A stretch of DNA of 64,000 bases from an uncultured delta proteobacterium (GCA_963794325.1 CAWCDG010000004.1:896001-960000), one strand, 5' to 3'. Positions 1-9,613 are shown, counted from the stretch's first letter. A program made the numbers and translations. Notes: generated by a model not told the origin, from the sequence alone.

Positions 1-349
1 CGACGTTGACGACGTGGATCGCGCGGTTGAGTTTTATGGGCGCGGTCTCGGCCTGACGGTTGTCGATCACGAACCTGATTGGGCGCAAGTAAAACTCGGC
101 GATCAAACCTTCTGGATCATGAAGGCTCCGGCAGGGGTGCAGGGACAAATCTCGCGCGACTACCGGCGGCACTGGACGCCGGTGCATCTTGATTTCGCGG
201 TCGACGATATCGAAGCGGCGGTTAGGCGCGCCGTGGATGCGGGCGGCAAGCTCGAAGGCGAAATTCAGCGGAGCGCCAAGGGAGCTTTGGCGAACATGGT
301 GGACCCGTCAGGCAACGGAGTTGATTTGTTCTGCAGCGCGAAAAAATAG
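1..349 (+). CDS. VOC/glyoxalase family protein (probably 5'-truncated by the window edge)
   Basis: Frame is open from base 2 (DVDDVDRAVEFY...GL); HLDFAVDD and DPSGN motifs are typical of VOC proteins. Confidence 0.8.
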   Translation, partial: DVDDVDRAVEFYGRGLGLTVVDHEPDWAQVKLGDQTFWIMKAPAGVQGQISRDYRRHWTPVHLDFAVDDIEAAVRRAVDAGGKLEGEIQRSAKGALANMVDPSGNGVDLFCSAKK

Positions 350-357
350 TTGCTGGC

Positions 358-2301
358 ATGGATGCGCACTCGGGGGATTCGACGCTCCGGGAAGACGCAA
401 TCGAAGCAGAAGCGGGTCGATACCGCGTTCTGCGCCGCTGGCCGCCGCAGGTGGTCCTGCTGGTCACGTTCGCGTGCTTCTACTTCGCAATCGGTCCCGG
501 CAATTTCTTCGCAGTCGATGAGGTGATGGAAGAGGAGACCGCGCAGGCGCTTGTCCTCAGGCACACGTTCGACATCCCGGTGATGGTGGATGCGCGGTAC
601 GGCCTCGGGCGGAACTGGTACACGGTAAAGGGACCGGGCTTGCCGCTGGCCTCGCTTCCATTTGTATATCTCGGACTCAAGCTCGACGACGCGCTTGGCT
701 CGATGAACGGTGGCCAGCTGGCGGGGCCTCCGATCGGGCCGCAGGTGCAACCGCTGCGCTGGAGCGGACGGCTGGCAATCTCGACGTCGCTGATCGTCAA
801 CGCGATCGCGGGCGGCGCGATCGTCGCAGTCCTGTTCATGGTCGGCGCGCAGCTTTCGCCGAATCGACGCGCCGCAATGTTGATGGCGATAGCGGCGGGA
901 CTCGCGACCCTGGTCATGTCGGAGGCGACGCACTTCTATCAGCACGAGTTGGATGCGCTGATGGTAATCCTCGCGTTCTGGTTTTTTTCACGACAGAAAG
1001 CCGAAGAGATCGACAGCGCGGCATTGTTCGGAGGCGCGAGTCTTGGAGTCGCGATATTGGCGCGTCCCGACGCGGCTGCCGCTGCGGTCATTATATGGCT
1101 CTACGGCGCGGTTGTGGCATGGAAGCTGGTTCGGGATTTGCCCGATCGATCGTCGCGAACGATACGTCGAACTTTGCTCGCCGCGGCAGGCCCGGTCTGC
1201 GCAGTGGCCAGCTCGATGTACTTCAACTACCTGAGATTCGGGAGCGCTCTTCAGTCTGGCTACACCGAGGATCGGGCGCGCTTCGTACTCGACGCGGTCC
1301 AGATAGCCAAAGCGATCGCCGGCTATCTTCTCAGCCCCGGGCTCAGTGTCTTCGTATTCGCTCCGCCGCTGATTCTGGTCCTGGCGATGGGCCGCCGGGC
1401 CTACCGCCGCTGGCCGTTAGAGACCGCGACGCTAGTCCTCGCCGGGCTGGCGCATCTGTTGTTGATTTCGTCCTGGAAGACCTGGAGCGGCGATTTGTCG
1501 TTCGGACCGAGGTACATGCTCGAGTCGATTGTGTTGCTGATGCCGCTGACACTGCCGGCATTCGAGATGGCCGTCGATCGCGCGTCGATGCGGGCTGCGA
1601 TCGCGGTCGCCGCGCTCATGTTCGTGGGATTCGCGGTGCAGCTTATCGGCGTCTCCGTGAGAGTTGATGCTATCGAGGTTAAGCGTATTGCCGCCGGAAA
1701 TGTGGCCAACAACGCATGGGTGTTCGTTACGGGCACGTCACCGATTGTCTCAGATCTTCAAGACCTGGCCGCCCGCCGCTATTTCAGCCCGTGGGCAATC
1801 CGAGCGCTGGCAATTCCCGACTTCGCGCTTCTGCTGCTGATTGTCCTGGTTGCGATCGTGATGTTCGGCGGTTGGCTGATATTCCGCTACTTCAGGACGC
1901 CCGACGCCGATACTGCAAACCTGCGCTCGCGCGCACTTCCGATAACCGTCGTGATGGCCGCGCTAGCGCCGATTTTGATTGGGCTGGCAATCTCGCGCCC
2001 GCTGAAACAAACGCCCAGCATCCACGGACTCGCGTTGCTGAACGACGGTCTCGCGGAGCAGCGGGCTGGACACGCAGTGTCCGCGGAAGAAGATTACGCG
2101 ATGGTGCTGACACTCTATCCGGCGAATAAATTCGCCTTGTTTAATATGGGCGTCCTGCAACAGGACGCGGGCCATATCGACGATGCGATAGTCCTCTATC
2201 AGCGCGCGCTGCGGGAGGATCCGAACTTCTTTCCCGCCAAACACAACCTGGAATATATCATGCACACGTACTTCGGATTTCCAAATCTGCATCCACGCTG
2301 A
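358..2301 (+). CDS. Multi-pass membrane GT-C-like glycosyltransferase with C-terminal TPR repeats
   Basis: Acidic DE after first TM helix, many TM segments, FGPRY motif, C-terminal TPR pattern (ALFNMGVLQQDAGHIDDAIVLYQRALREDP). Confidence 0.6.
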   Translation: MDAHSGDSTLREDAIEAEAGRYRVLRRWPPQVVLLVTFACFYFAIGPGNFFAVDEVMEEETAQALVLRHTFDIPVMVDARYGLGRNWYTVKGPGLPLASLPFVYLGLKLDDALGSMNGGQLAGPPIGPQVQPLRWSGRLAISTSLIVNAIAGGAIVAVLFMVGAQLSPNRRAAMLMAIAAGLATLVMSEATHFYQHELDALMVILAFWFFSRQKAEEIDSAALFGGASLGVAILARPDAAAAAVIIWLYGAVVAWKLVRDLPDRSSRTIRRTLLAAAGPVCAVASSMYFNYLRFGSALQSGYTEDRARFVLDAVQIAKAIAGYLLSPGLSVFVFAPPLILVLAMGRRAYRRWPLETATLVLAGLAHLLLISSWKTWSGDLSFGPRYMLESIVLLMPLTLPAFEMAVDRASMRAAIAVAALMFVGFAVQLIGVSVRVDAIEVKRIAAGNVANNAWVFVTGTSPIVSDLQDLAARRYFSPWAIRALAIPDFALLLLIVLVAIVMFGGWLIFRYFRTPDADTANLRSRALPITVVMAALAPILIGLAISRPLKQTPSIHGLALLNDGLAEQRAGHAVSAEEDYAMVLTLYPANKFALFNMGVLQQDAGHIDDAIVLYQRALREDPNFFPAKHNLEYIMHTYFGFPNLHPR

Positions 2302-2311
2302 TGTTCCCAGT

Positions 2312-2818
2312 CTAGAGCACTGCGGATTGCGGCGTCGTCGGGACTGGCTTCTCGTGATGCCGCGTGTGCCTGCCATGCGCGCCCAGTTGCAGCACGAGCA
2401 CCAGCATCATCGCGGCGAGGCAGTAGATGTGATCCTTGTAGATGGCGCGGGCGAGACGGCTCTGCTCTTCGGGTGAGTCCGACGCCTTCCCTAATCGCGA
2501 TGCGTTCGGAATCGTCCGCACACGCGCCAACCCGATCGCGCTGGCGGCGGCTAGCAGCGAGATCCATTCGATCCACCAATGATACCTGCCGAACACGATC
2601 TCCAGGATGATTACTAACAACGTCAGCAGCATCACCACTGCGATCAGCCGGTTCATCGGATATGCTTCCCGCGTGACGCGCCGGTAGTATCCCGAGATCG
2701 ACGCGAGTGCATTTGCCGGAACCTCGCCGTAGTGCCCTCGCACCTGCACGTCGAACATGAGATCGAACCAGAGTACGCAGATTAGAAATGCGGCCCCGGC
2801 CGCAGCGAATGTATGCAT
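2312..2818 (-). CDS. Hypothetical membrane protein
   Basis: 168-aa ORF with about 4 hydrophobic segments; starts 1 nt after the Rrf2 stop, so likely co-transcribed. Confidence 0.65.
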   Translation of the reverse strand: MHTFAAAGAAFLICVLWFDLMFDVQVRGHYGEVPANALASISGYYRRVTREAYPMNRLIAVVMLLTLLVIILEIVFGRYHWWIEWISLLAAASAIGLARVRTIPNASRLGKASDSPEEQSRLARAIYKDHIYCLAAMMLVLVLQLGAHGRHTRHHEKPVPTTPQSAVL

Positions 2819-2819
2819 A

Positions 2820-3254
2820 TTAGATACTGTAGTTGATTGCGTGCCGGCGCTTTTCGGACAGCGCTTGCAGGGTTACGCCGCGCAGGATGCCGTTGACGCT
2901 ATCGCGCACCTCGCGCCACACGTCGCGCATCGCGCACGGCGTCTCGCGCGGGCAGGTTGACGAACTTTCCTCCAGGCATTCCACCGGCGTGTAGTCGCCC
3001 TCGATTACCTCGACGACATCCGCCATCGTGATTCGTGCTGGCGGGCGGGCCAGCATGTATCCACCGCTTGGCCCCTTCTGGCTCGCGACCAGGCCGCCGC
3101 GCTTGAGCTCGATCAGCAACCGGCGCAGGTAGTTTTCGGGGATGTCCTGGGTGTCGGCTATCTCCTCGACTCGTACCGGCGAACTGGTAGGATAGCGCTC
3201 CGCCAGCAGGAGGAGGGCCTTCAAAGAGTAATCAACGCCGACGCCAAACTTCAT
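2820..3254 (-). CDS. Rrf2 family transcriptional regulator with three Cys (probable Fe-S ligands)
   Basis: DYSLKAL, IPENYLRRLL, KGPSGGYMLARP and C-x7-C-x5-C; ATG at 3254 chosen as start. Confidence 0.9.
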   Translation of the reverse strand: MKFGVGVDYSLKALLLLAERYPTSSPVRVEEIADTQDIPENYLRRLLIELKRGGLVASQKGPSGGYMLARPPARITMADVVEVIEGDYTPVECLEESSSTCPRETPCAMRDVWREVRDSVNGILRGVTLQALSEKRRHAINYSI

Positions 3255-3330
3255 TGTTTTTAGAATTTTCCCGCTTAAACGTAGCATGATCCGTCAATAG
3301 TTGGAATAGGCGACCGGCTTTGTCATCTAC

Positions 3331-3361
3331 TTAATTGACTAAGTTACTCACCTAAGTTACT
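3331..3361. promoter_or_regulatory. Putative Rrf2 operator/promoter in the divergent intergenic region
   Basis: AT-rich; TTGACTAAGTTACTCA resembles IscR type-1 sites; direct repeat CTAAGTTACT at 3339 and 3352. Confidence 0.45.
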
Positions 3362-3385
3362 TTCTAAATTCGCAGGGAAGCCATC

Positions 3386-5005
3386 GTGCCGAAGAGAGAA
3401 CCGCAATCGTGGGAAATGGTGCTGAAGCGCAATTCGGTCGAGCGCCTCAAGCATGAGCTTTTTCCCACCGATCTGACCGGTCAATGGGAGCGGCTGGTCG
3501 AAACCTCGTACGAAAAACTCCCCGAGGAAGACATCGTGCGGCTCCAGTGGTTCGGCATGTACCACGACAAGCCGAAGATCGGCACCTTCATGATGCGGAT
3601 CAAAATCCCCAGCGGCATCCTCAGCGCCGAGGGGCTCCGCGCGATCGGTGAAATCTCCGAAGCTTACGGGCGCGACCAGGGCGAGCTGACCACCCGCCAG
3701 AATATCCAGCTCCACTACATCACGCTCGACAAGTTTCCCCAGATTCTCGAGAAGCTGAAGGGCTGTGGGCTGACGACGATGGGCGGATGCGGCGACGTCG
3801 TGCGTAATATCACGGGATGCCCGGTGGCGGGCGTCGATCCCGATGAAGTTTTCGACGTGACTCCGCTGATTGCCGAGACTGCGGGATTTTTTTACGGCAA
3901 TCGCGAGTACTCGGATTTGCCGCGCAAGCACAAAATTTCGATCGCCGCTTGCCAGTATCAGTGCAATGCGCCCGAGATAAACTGCGTCTCGCTGATAGCG
4001 ATGCTGAAAGATGGGCGCGAGGGCTTTGCGGTGCGCGTCGGCGGCGGGCAATCCTCGACGCCGCGACTGTCGCGACACCTCGGCGTATTCATCACGCGCG
4101 ATCAGGCGATGCCCGTGATGCGCGCAATTATCGACGTATGGCAGGGCACCACCGAGTACCGGATGTCGCGGGTCAAGGCGCGCCTCAAATTCATGATCGA
4201 CGACTACGGCGTCGAGGAATTTCGCAAGCTGGTCGAAGCGAAGCTCGGCTTTGCACTGGAGAGTCTCGCCGAGATGCCGCTTCCCGAGACTGAAAGCGAT
4301 CATATGGGCATCCACGAGCAGAGGCAGCCCGGCCTGAACTACGTCGGCTTCCCGGTTTACCTCGGGCTGATGAGTGGGCGGCAAATGCGCGAGCTTGCGG
4401 CGCTGACCGCGTCATTCGGCGGCGATATCCGGCTTACGCGGCGGCAGAATTTTATAATCACCGGAATTCCGACCGCGCAACTCGACGACGTGATCGCGCA
4501 AGTCGGCGCGATTGGATTTCCGCTGGAAGCGAACGGCCTGTATGCCTCGTCGATCGGATGTATCGGCGATCCGCATTGCAACTACGCCGTGACTCCCACC
4601 AAGACCAAGCTCGCCACTATTATCGAGCGACTGGTGAATCAGTTCGGCGATCAGGTCGGCGGCCTCAAGCTGAATCTCGACGGATGCCCGCATGCGTGCG
4701 CACAGCATTGGACCGGCGACATCGGATTGCAGGGCACTACCAGTCGCGGGCCGGCGGGCGAGCCGCTCGAGGCGTTCGACATTATATTGCGCGGCGGGCT
4801 CGGCAAGGACGCCGCCATCGGCAAGCCCATCGTTCGCAGGGTGCCGTCGCCGCTGGTTGAAGATTACGTGTCGCGGCTGTTTGCGAATTACCTCGAACGG
4901 CGCGAGTCTGACGAGACGTTTTCGCATTTTTGCGTGCGCACGCCGGATGCCGAATTGATTTCGATCGCGAGTGGAAACGCAACCGGCGCCGACGCCGCCG
5001 CCTGA
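3386..5005 (+). CDS. Ferredoxin-type sulfite/nitrite reductase (siroheme, 4Fe-4S), likely assimilatory sulfite reductase
   Basis: TTRQNIQLH, LPRKHK, CIGDPHC...GCPHAC siroheme/Fe-S cysteines; directly upstream of cysH. Confidence 0.88.
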   Translation: MPKREPQSWEMVLKRNSVERLKHELFPTDLTGQWERLVETSYEKLPEEDIVRLQWFGMYHDKPKIGTFMMRIKIPSGILSAEGLRAIGEISEAYGRDQGELTTRQNIQLHYITLDKFPQILEKLKGCGLTTMGGCGDVVRNITGCPVAGVDPDEVFDVTPLIAETAGFFYGNREYSDLPRKHKISIAACQYQCNAPEINCVSLIAMLKDGREGFAVRVGGGQSSTPRLSRHLGVFITRDQAMPVMRAIIDVWQGTTEYRMSRVKARLKFMIDDYGVEEFRKLVEAKLGFALESLAEMPLPETESDHMGIHEQRQPGLNYVGFPVYLGLMSGRQMRELAALTASFGGDIRLTRRQNFIITGIPTAQLDDVIAQVGAIGFPLEANGLYASSIGCIGDPHCNYAVTPTKTKLATIIERLVNQFGDQVGGLKLNLDGCPHACAQHWTGDIGLQGTTSRGPAGEPLEAFDIILRGGLGKDAAIGKPIVRRVPSPLVEDYVSRLFANYLERRESDETFSHFCVRTPDAELISIASGNATGADAAA

Positions 5006-5034
5006 ACCGGGGTATCGCGCCCAAGGATTTCGTC

Positions 5035-5868
5035 ATGGCTGCTGGAACCCAATTCAACGAAGAACTCGAAAGGCCCGAGTTGAATCTGCTCATGGATGAA
5101 CTCGAGGCCGGCGAAGCCAGTGTCGAGCTCGACGACAAGGAGCCGCAGGAAGTCCTTGCATGGGCAATTGAGAGGTTCGGCAGAGAGCTGGCGATTTGCT
5201 GCAGCTTCCAGGCTGACGGCTGCGCGCTGATTGACATGGCGCATAAGATCGATCCGCGCATCCGCGTGTTTACGATCGACACTGGCAGGATGCCGCAAGA
5301 GACCTACGACGTAATCGATAAGTATCGCACGCGCTACGGGATCAACGTCGAAGTATTCATGCCCGACACCGCAGTCGTGCAGCAGATGGTTACCAAGCAC
5401 GGCAACAATCTATTCTACAACGACGTCAACCTGCGGCTCCTTTGCTGTCAGGTGCGTAAAGTCCTGCCATTGCGCCGCGCGCTGATGAACTACAGCGCAT
5501 GGGTGACCGGACTTAGGCGCGACCAATGGGCGACACGCTCCAATATCCGCAAAATCGAAATCGATCACGACCACGGCGGCATCGTAAAGCTCGCGCCGCT
5601 GGCCGACTGGACCGAGGAAGAGGTCTGGAATTACATCCGCGCCAACGACGTGCCCTATAACGAGCTGTACGACAAAGGCTATAAGTCCATCGGATGTGCG
5701 CCATGCACGCGTGCCGTGGCTGAGGGTCAGGATCCTCGCGCGGGCAGATGGTGGTGGGAGACCGGCGCGCCTAAGGAGTGCGGGATGCATTGCGCGATCG
5801 AGACCGGCGGCTTCGAGCACGAACTGGCGTCGCTGCTACGCCAGGACGACGGCGGCACCAAGTCCTAG
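5035..5868 (+). CDS. cysH: APS/PAPS reductase (Fe-S containing APS-reductase type)
   Basis: IDTG, CCQVRKV, TGLRRDQ, SIGCAPCT, RAGRWWWE, KECGMH motifs. Confidence 0.93.
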   Translation: MAAGTQFNEELERPELNLLMDELEAGEASVELDDKEPQEVLAWAIERFGRELAICCSFQADGCALIDMAHKIDPRIRVFTIDTGRMPQETYDVIDKYRTRYGINVEVFMPDTAVVQQMVTKHGNNLFYNDVNLRLLCCQVRKVLPLRRALMNYSAWVTGLRRDQWATRSNIRKIEIDHDHGGIVKLAPLADWTEEEVWNYIRANDVPYNELYDKGYKSIGCAPCTRAVAEGQDPRAGRWWWETGAPKECGMHCAIETGGFEHELASLLRQDDGGTKS

Positions 5869-5875
5869 GACTCCG

Positions 5876-6370
5876 ATGGCGAGCGACGAGAAGCCCAAGC
5901 CGGGCGAATCGATAACGCTCGACACTCTCCAGCGCGACATCCTGGTTCCTCAGATTCAGGCATTCCTCGAAGCTACCAGCGATCCGCAAGCGCGCGAGGT
6001 CTACCTAGCACTCAAAACATCAATTGAGTCGCTGGAAGTACCGCAAGACCTACAGCTGAGACTAGGCGCGATCGTAGAGGTAGCCCTAACCAGCGGCCGA
6101 GTAAGACGTCTATTCGGCCCCGCCGCAGAGCTATCGCTCAACTCTCTATTCACGAAGACTCCGCGAGGCCGCGAAGTAGCCCAATCACTAGCCGAACTGA
6201 ATAAGGCTCTATCGACACTAAAAGGCCAAACCGTCGAGCAGATAATCTCGACGCAAAGAAGCCCAGGCGCTTACGCACTTACGCTAAAAACCAGCAACTG
6301 CCAGATAGTAATCAGGTTCGAGCAGGCAGGTGTCCGAGTAGAAAGCTTGGAAGTAGACCTAGACCACTAA
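5876..6370 (+). CDS. Hypothetical protein, third gene of the sulfate assimilation operon
   Basis: ATG 7 nt after the cysH stop with AGGA upstream; 164-aa open frame; unusual codon usage (see findings). Confidence 0.7.
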   Translation: MASDEKPKPGESITLDTLQRDILVPQIQAFLEATSDPQAREVYLALKTSIESLEVPQDLQLRLGAIVEVALTSGRVRRLFGPAAELSLNSLFTKTPRGREVAQSLAELNKALSTLKGQTVEQIISTQRSPGAYALTLKTSNCQIVIRFEQAGVRVESLEVDLDH

Positions 6371-6392
6371 CCTTAGTCCGACACGAAAGCCG

Positions 6393-6425
6393 TCCTGGCC
6401 TCTCTCTATCAGGGAGAGGCCAGGA
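6393..6425. repeat. 14-bp-stem hairpin TCCTGGCCTCTCTC-tatca-GGGAGAGGCCAGGA
   Basis: Inverted repeat with one G-T mismatch between convergent genes; core resembles the CCCTTCCC/GGGAAGGG family. Confidence 0.7.
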
Positions 6426-6444
6426 GAGCGATTTTGCGATTGAT

Positions 6445-6470
6445 ACTGGGTCAAGGGGTCACCCCTTGCG
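6445..6470 (-). repeat. Family F hairpin repeat (GGGG-TGA-CCCC...ACCCAGT), copy 1
   Basis: Minus strand reads CGCAAGGGGTGACCCCTTGACCCAGT, similar to 24731-24755. Confidence 0.55.
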
Positions 6471-6508
6471 CCCACCGCGCAGGTGATTCTTCTTCTCCGG
6501 TTGATCCT

Positions 6509-7807
6509 CTACGGTTCCAGGCGCTCCATCATTCGCGGGAACGGTACTGTCTCCCTGATGTGATGGATCCCGCAGAGCCAGCCGGTCATGCGTTCGAGGC
6601 CCATGCCGAAGCCGGCGTGCGGGACTGAGCCGTAGCGGCGGAGGTCCAGGTACCATTCGAAGGGCGCCAGTGGCAGGCCGTGCGACGTGATCTTTGCGCG
6701 CAGGGTTTCGTAGTCGTCTTCGCGCTGGCCGCCGCCGATTATTTCGCCGTGGCCTTCCGGCGCCAGCATGTCCACGCATAGCGCGACGTCGGGACGCGTC
6801 GGGTCCTGCTTCATGTAGAAGGCTTTGCAGGCGGTCGGGTAGCGATGCACCATCACGGGGCGATCGAATTCTTCGGACAGTGCGGTTTCCTCGTCGCCGC
6901 CGAAATCGTCGCCCCAGCTTACTGCGACGCCTTTCTTTTTGAGCCGCTCGATAGCTTCGTCGTAGCTGATGCGCGGATAGGGCGTCTTGGCCGACGCTTC
7001 GAGCTTCGATGTGTCCCGCTCGAGCGTCTTCAGCTCCGCGCCGCGCCGTTCGAGCACACGTCCTACTATGTACGATACGAACTGTTCTGCGAGTTCCATG
7101 TCGCCGTCGAGGTCGCAGTACGCCATCTCAGGCTCGACCATCCAGAATTCAGTGAGATGCCGCCGCGTTTTGGACTTCTCGGCGCGAAACGTCGGGCCGA
7201 AGCAATACACCTTGCCGAACGCGAGCGCGCCCGCCTCCGCGTAGAGTTGTCCGCTCTGCGTCAGGTACGCTTTGCGCTCGCCGAAATAGTCGAGCTCGAA
7301 CAGGTTGGTGGTGCCCTCGCATGAAGTCGGAGTCAGAATCGGCGCGTCGAACAGGACAAAGCCGCGCTCATGAAAAAAATCGCGGCACGCCGACGCCACC
7401 TCGCTGCGGATGCGCAGAATCGCATGCTGGCGCGACGATCGAATCCACAGATGGCGGTTGTCGAGCAGGAACGCGACGCCGTGATCCTTGGGCGTGATCG
7501 GATAGTCGGTCGCCGGCGACACGATCGCGATCGATTTCATCGTCAGCTCGAAGCCACCGGGCGCGCGCTTGTCCTCGCGCACGATACCGGTCACTTCAAG
7601 CGAAGTTTCCTGCCCCATGTGATCGGCCGCCGCAAAACTCTCCGCGCCGAGATCGGCCAGCGACGCCACGCACTGGCATATTCCCGTCCCGTCGCGCACC
7701 TGCAGAAAATGAATCTTGCCGCTCGAGCGCTTGCCCGCGAGCCATCCCTTGAGCGTGACTTCGTTTCCGACGTGCTTCGACAGTTCTTCGATATAAACTC
7801 GCGCCAT
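6509..7807 (-). CDS. asnS: Asparagine--tRNA ligase
   Basis: OB-fold start, [45 protein letters not shown]. Confidence 0.95.
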   Translation of the reverse strand: MARVYIEELSKHVGNEVTLKGWLAGKRSSGKIHFLQVRDGTGICQCVASLADLGAESFAAADHMGQETSLEVTGIVREDKRAPGGFELTMKSIAIVSPATDYPITPKDHGVAFLLDNRHLWIRSSRQHAILRIRSEVASACRDFFHERGFVLFDAPILTPTSCEGTTNLFELDYFGERKAYLTQSGQLYAEAGALAFGKVYCFGPTFRAEKSKTRRHLTEFWMVEPEMAYCDLDGDMELAEQFVSYIVGRVLERRGAELKTLERDTSKLEASAKTPYPRISYDEAIERLKKKGVAVSWGDDFGGDEETALSEEFDRPVMVHRYPTACKAFYMKQDPTRPDVALCVDMLAPEGHGEIIGGGQREDDYETLRAKITSHGLPLAPFEWYLDLRRYGSVPHAGFGMGLERMTGWLCGIHHIRETVPFPRMMERLEP

Positions 7808-7960
7808 GTGTCCATTTAAGCATATCGCCGAGCAAGTGCAGCAGAGTGAATAACGATCGGCCAGCCGGCAACGCAGCGTGCAATGCGAATAGCCGGAGGC
7901 GCGTTTCGATTGACGCTCCGCCACCAACGTGACATAAGCGGCGGCGGGGAGGAAATAATC

Positions 7961-8389
7961 ATGAGTAGATCGAGTTTTCTTGTGAGGGTAGCGGTGTGTT
8001 CGGCGATTTTGGTGGGTCTGTTCGCTAATTCGCCTTCAGCAGAGGCGGGTAACTGCGAATCCAAGCTGGTGAATCACTCTTACAATTGCGTCTTCAAGGA
8101 TAATGATTTTCCGCCGTTTCCCGAGTGCTGGGACCTTTTCACCGGGGGCGTATCCCAGTATTTCGATATGTATAATGGCGACGAATACGGCTGCGGATGT
8201 GATGCAAAGGGTTCTCCCAACTCGCCGTCGTTCAACAATTCTCCGAACACCTTCGAGTGCTCTGACGAGTTTGCGCCTTACTCGTTCATGGGAAAAATAA
8301 ACGGCAAGAAGCTTTCCGTTCAGGGAATTGGAGCGGACGGCGAGCAATATGTCGGCACCTGCACGCTCAGAACTTCGCCTTGCCTTTGA
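7961..8389 (+). CDS. Secreted cysteine-rich hypothetical protein
   Basis: GGGGAGG RBS, signal peptide ending AEA, 8 Cys in the mature part, visibly lower GC. Confidence 0.7.
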   Translation: MSRSSFLVRVAVCSAILVGLFANSPSAEAGNCESKLVNHSYNCVFKDNDFPPFPECWDLFTGGVSQYFDMYNGDEYGCGCDAKGSPNSPSFNNSPNTFECSDEFAPYSFMGKINGKKLSVQGIGADGEQYVGTCTLRTSPCL

Positions 8390-8404
8390 TGTGAATTGTG
8401 TCTG

Positions 8405-8428
8405 CCGCGCGGAGGAGACTCCGCGCGG
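8405..8428. other. Stable GC hairpin with GAGA tetraloop downstream of the secreted protein gene
   Basis: CCGCGCGGAG-GAGA-CTCCGCGCGG; no U tract on the plus strand. Confidence 0.5.
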
Positions 8429-8523
8429 AAAATACTTCGGTCACTGGTCATCGCCGACATCAAGCCCAGGCGCGTCGCGCGCTTTGCGTTCATCAGCTAA
8501 CCTCGTGAACGGGAGGGGCGGGG

Positions 8524-9120
8524 ATGAACGGGCTGAACGGGCTCGATTACGCGGCGATCGTGCTGTTCGCGATCGGCGCGATCTACGGACTGCAACGCGG
8601 CGCACTCAGAATGGTGACGTCGGTGGTGTCGCTGGCGGCGGCGGTCTATTTCGCGTCGCTCTACTACACCAAGGCCGGCGCGTTCGCGGAGTCGCAGCTC
8701 GGATCGTCGCATACGGTCGGCGCGGTGATCGGCTACGTCGCAGTCTTCGCTTTGATCTTCAGCGCGGTCGAAATTATCGGCTCGTCGGCGATCCGCTTGA
8801 TGCAGATCGTTCACCTGAGTCCGCTCGATCGACTAGCCGGCGCCCTGCTCGGCGCAGGAATCGCGGCCGTGTTTGCGGGATTGGCCGTGATGCTGCTGGC
8901 GGCAGTGTTGCCGCCCGACGCTGCGATTCTGCGCAACTCGCAGCTGGTGCCGATGCTGCTCGCTTACAACGAGATGCTGGTGGGATACATCCCGGGCGAC
9001 GCCAAGCTCGCCTACGAGCGCAATCGCGACGACCTGATGAAATACTGGGTCCAGAATGCGACGAAGGGCGCGAACTCAGCGCCGTCTCCGGCTGCGTCGT
9101 CCTCACCCTCCGCAAAGTGA
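8524..9120 (+). CDS. cvpA: CvpA (colicin V production) family membrane protein
   Basis: LDY...YGLQRG N-terminus, LDRLAGALLG motif, four TM segments. Confidence 0.85.
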   Translation: MNGLNGLDYAAIVLFAIGAIYGLQRGALRMVTSVVSLAAAVYFASLYYTKAGAFAESQLGSSHTVGAVIGYVAVFALIFSAVEIIGSSAIRLMQIVHLSPLDRLAGALLGAGIAAVFAGLAVMLLAAVLPPDAAILRNSQLVPMLLAYNEMLVGYIPGDAKLAYERNRDDLMKYWVQNATKGANSAPSPAASSSPSAK

Positions 9121-9140
9121 TGTTTTCGGATTTCCAGAAG

Positions 9141-9479
9141 TTACAAGATGTTGAGGATACCCGTGCGACGATGCGTGGCGAGGACTTTGCGGGAGGCTTT
9201 TCTCAGGCGCTCGTTCGAGTCGTGCTGAAACTTCTCGAGTACGCCAAGGATACGCGTCTCATAGATCCTTGGAGACCCATCGCAGAGCACGTGAAGGATC
9301 CAGCGCCGAACGTACGGATCAGAGTCGTCGGCCATCTCCAGAAACCGATCCCAAATCTGCGAATCGTGAACCTTAACTTCGCACGGACACAAAGCCTGAA
9401 TCGCCTTGAGGCGTAGCTTGGAATCATGGTCCCTGCTCAATTCGAGCAGGCGCGGGATTTCTGAGCGCTGAGTACGCAT
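9141..9479 (-). CDS. Small HEAT-repeat protein
   Basis: Repeated D-x-D-xx-VR/LR helical units (DHDSKLR, DSDPYVR, DSNERLR). Confidence 0.65.
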   Translation of the reverse strand: MRTQRSEIPRLLELSRDHDSKLRLKAIQALCPCEVKVHDSQIWDRFLEMADDSDPYVRRWILHVLCDGSPRIYETRILGVLEKFQHDSNERLRKASRKVLATHRRTGILNIL

Positions 9480-9483
9480 CTTG

Positions 9484-9564
9484 CTGTCACCCTGAAGCGA
9501 AGCGGTAGGGTCCCGCAGCCCACAGAGTCCGGGATTCTACTGCCTGCGGCCTTCAGAATGACAG
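9484..9564. repeat. Family E inverted repeat (GTCA-YYCTGA type)
   Basis: CTGTCACCCTGAAG ... CTTCAGAATGACAG, 12/14 complementary. Confidence 0.6.
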
Positions 9565-9613
9565 ATAGTGAGGTGCGAAGCTTACTGTAAATGGAATCTA
9601 ATGAGTGCCGCGC

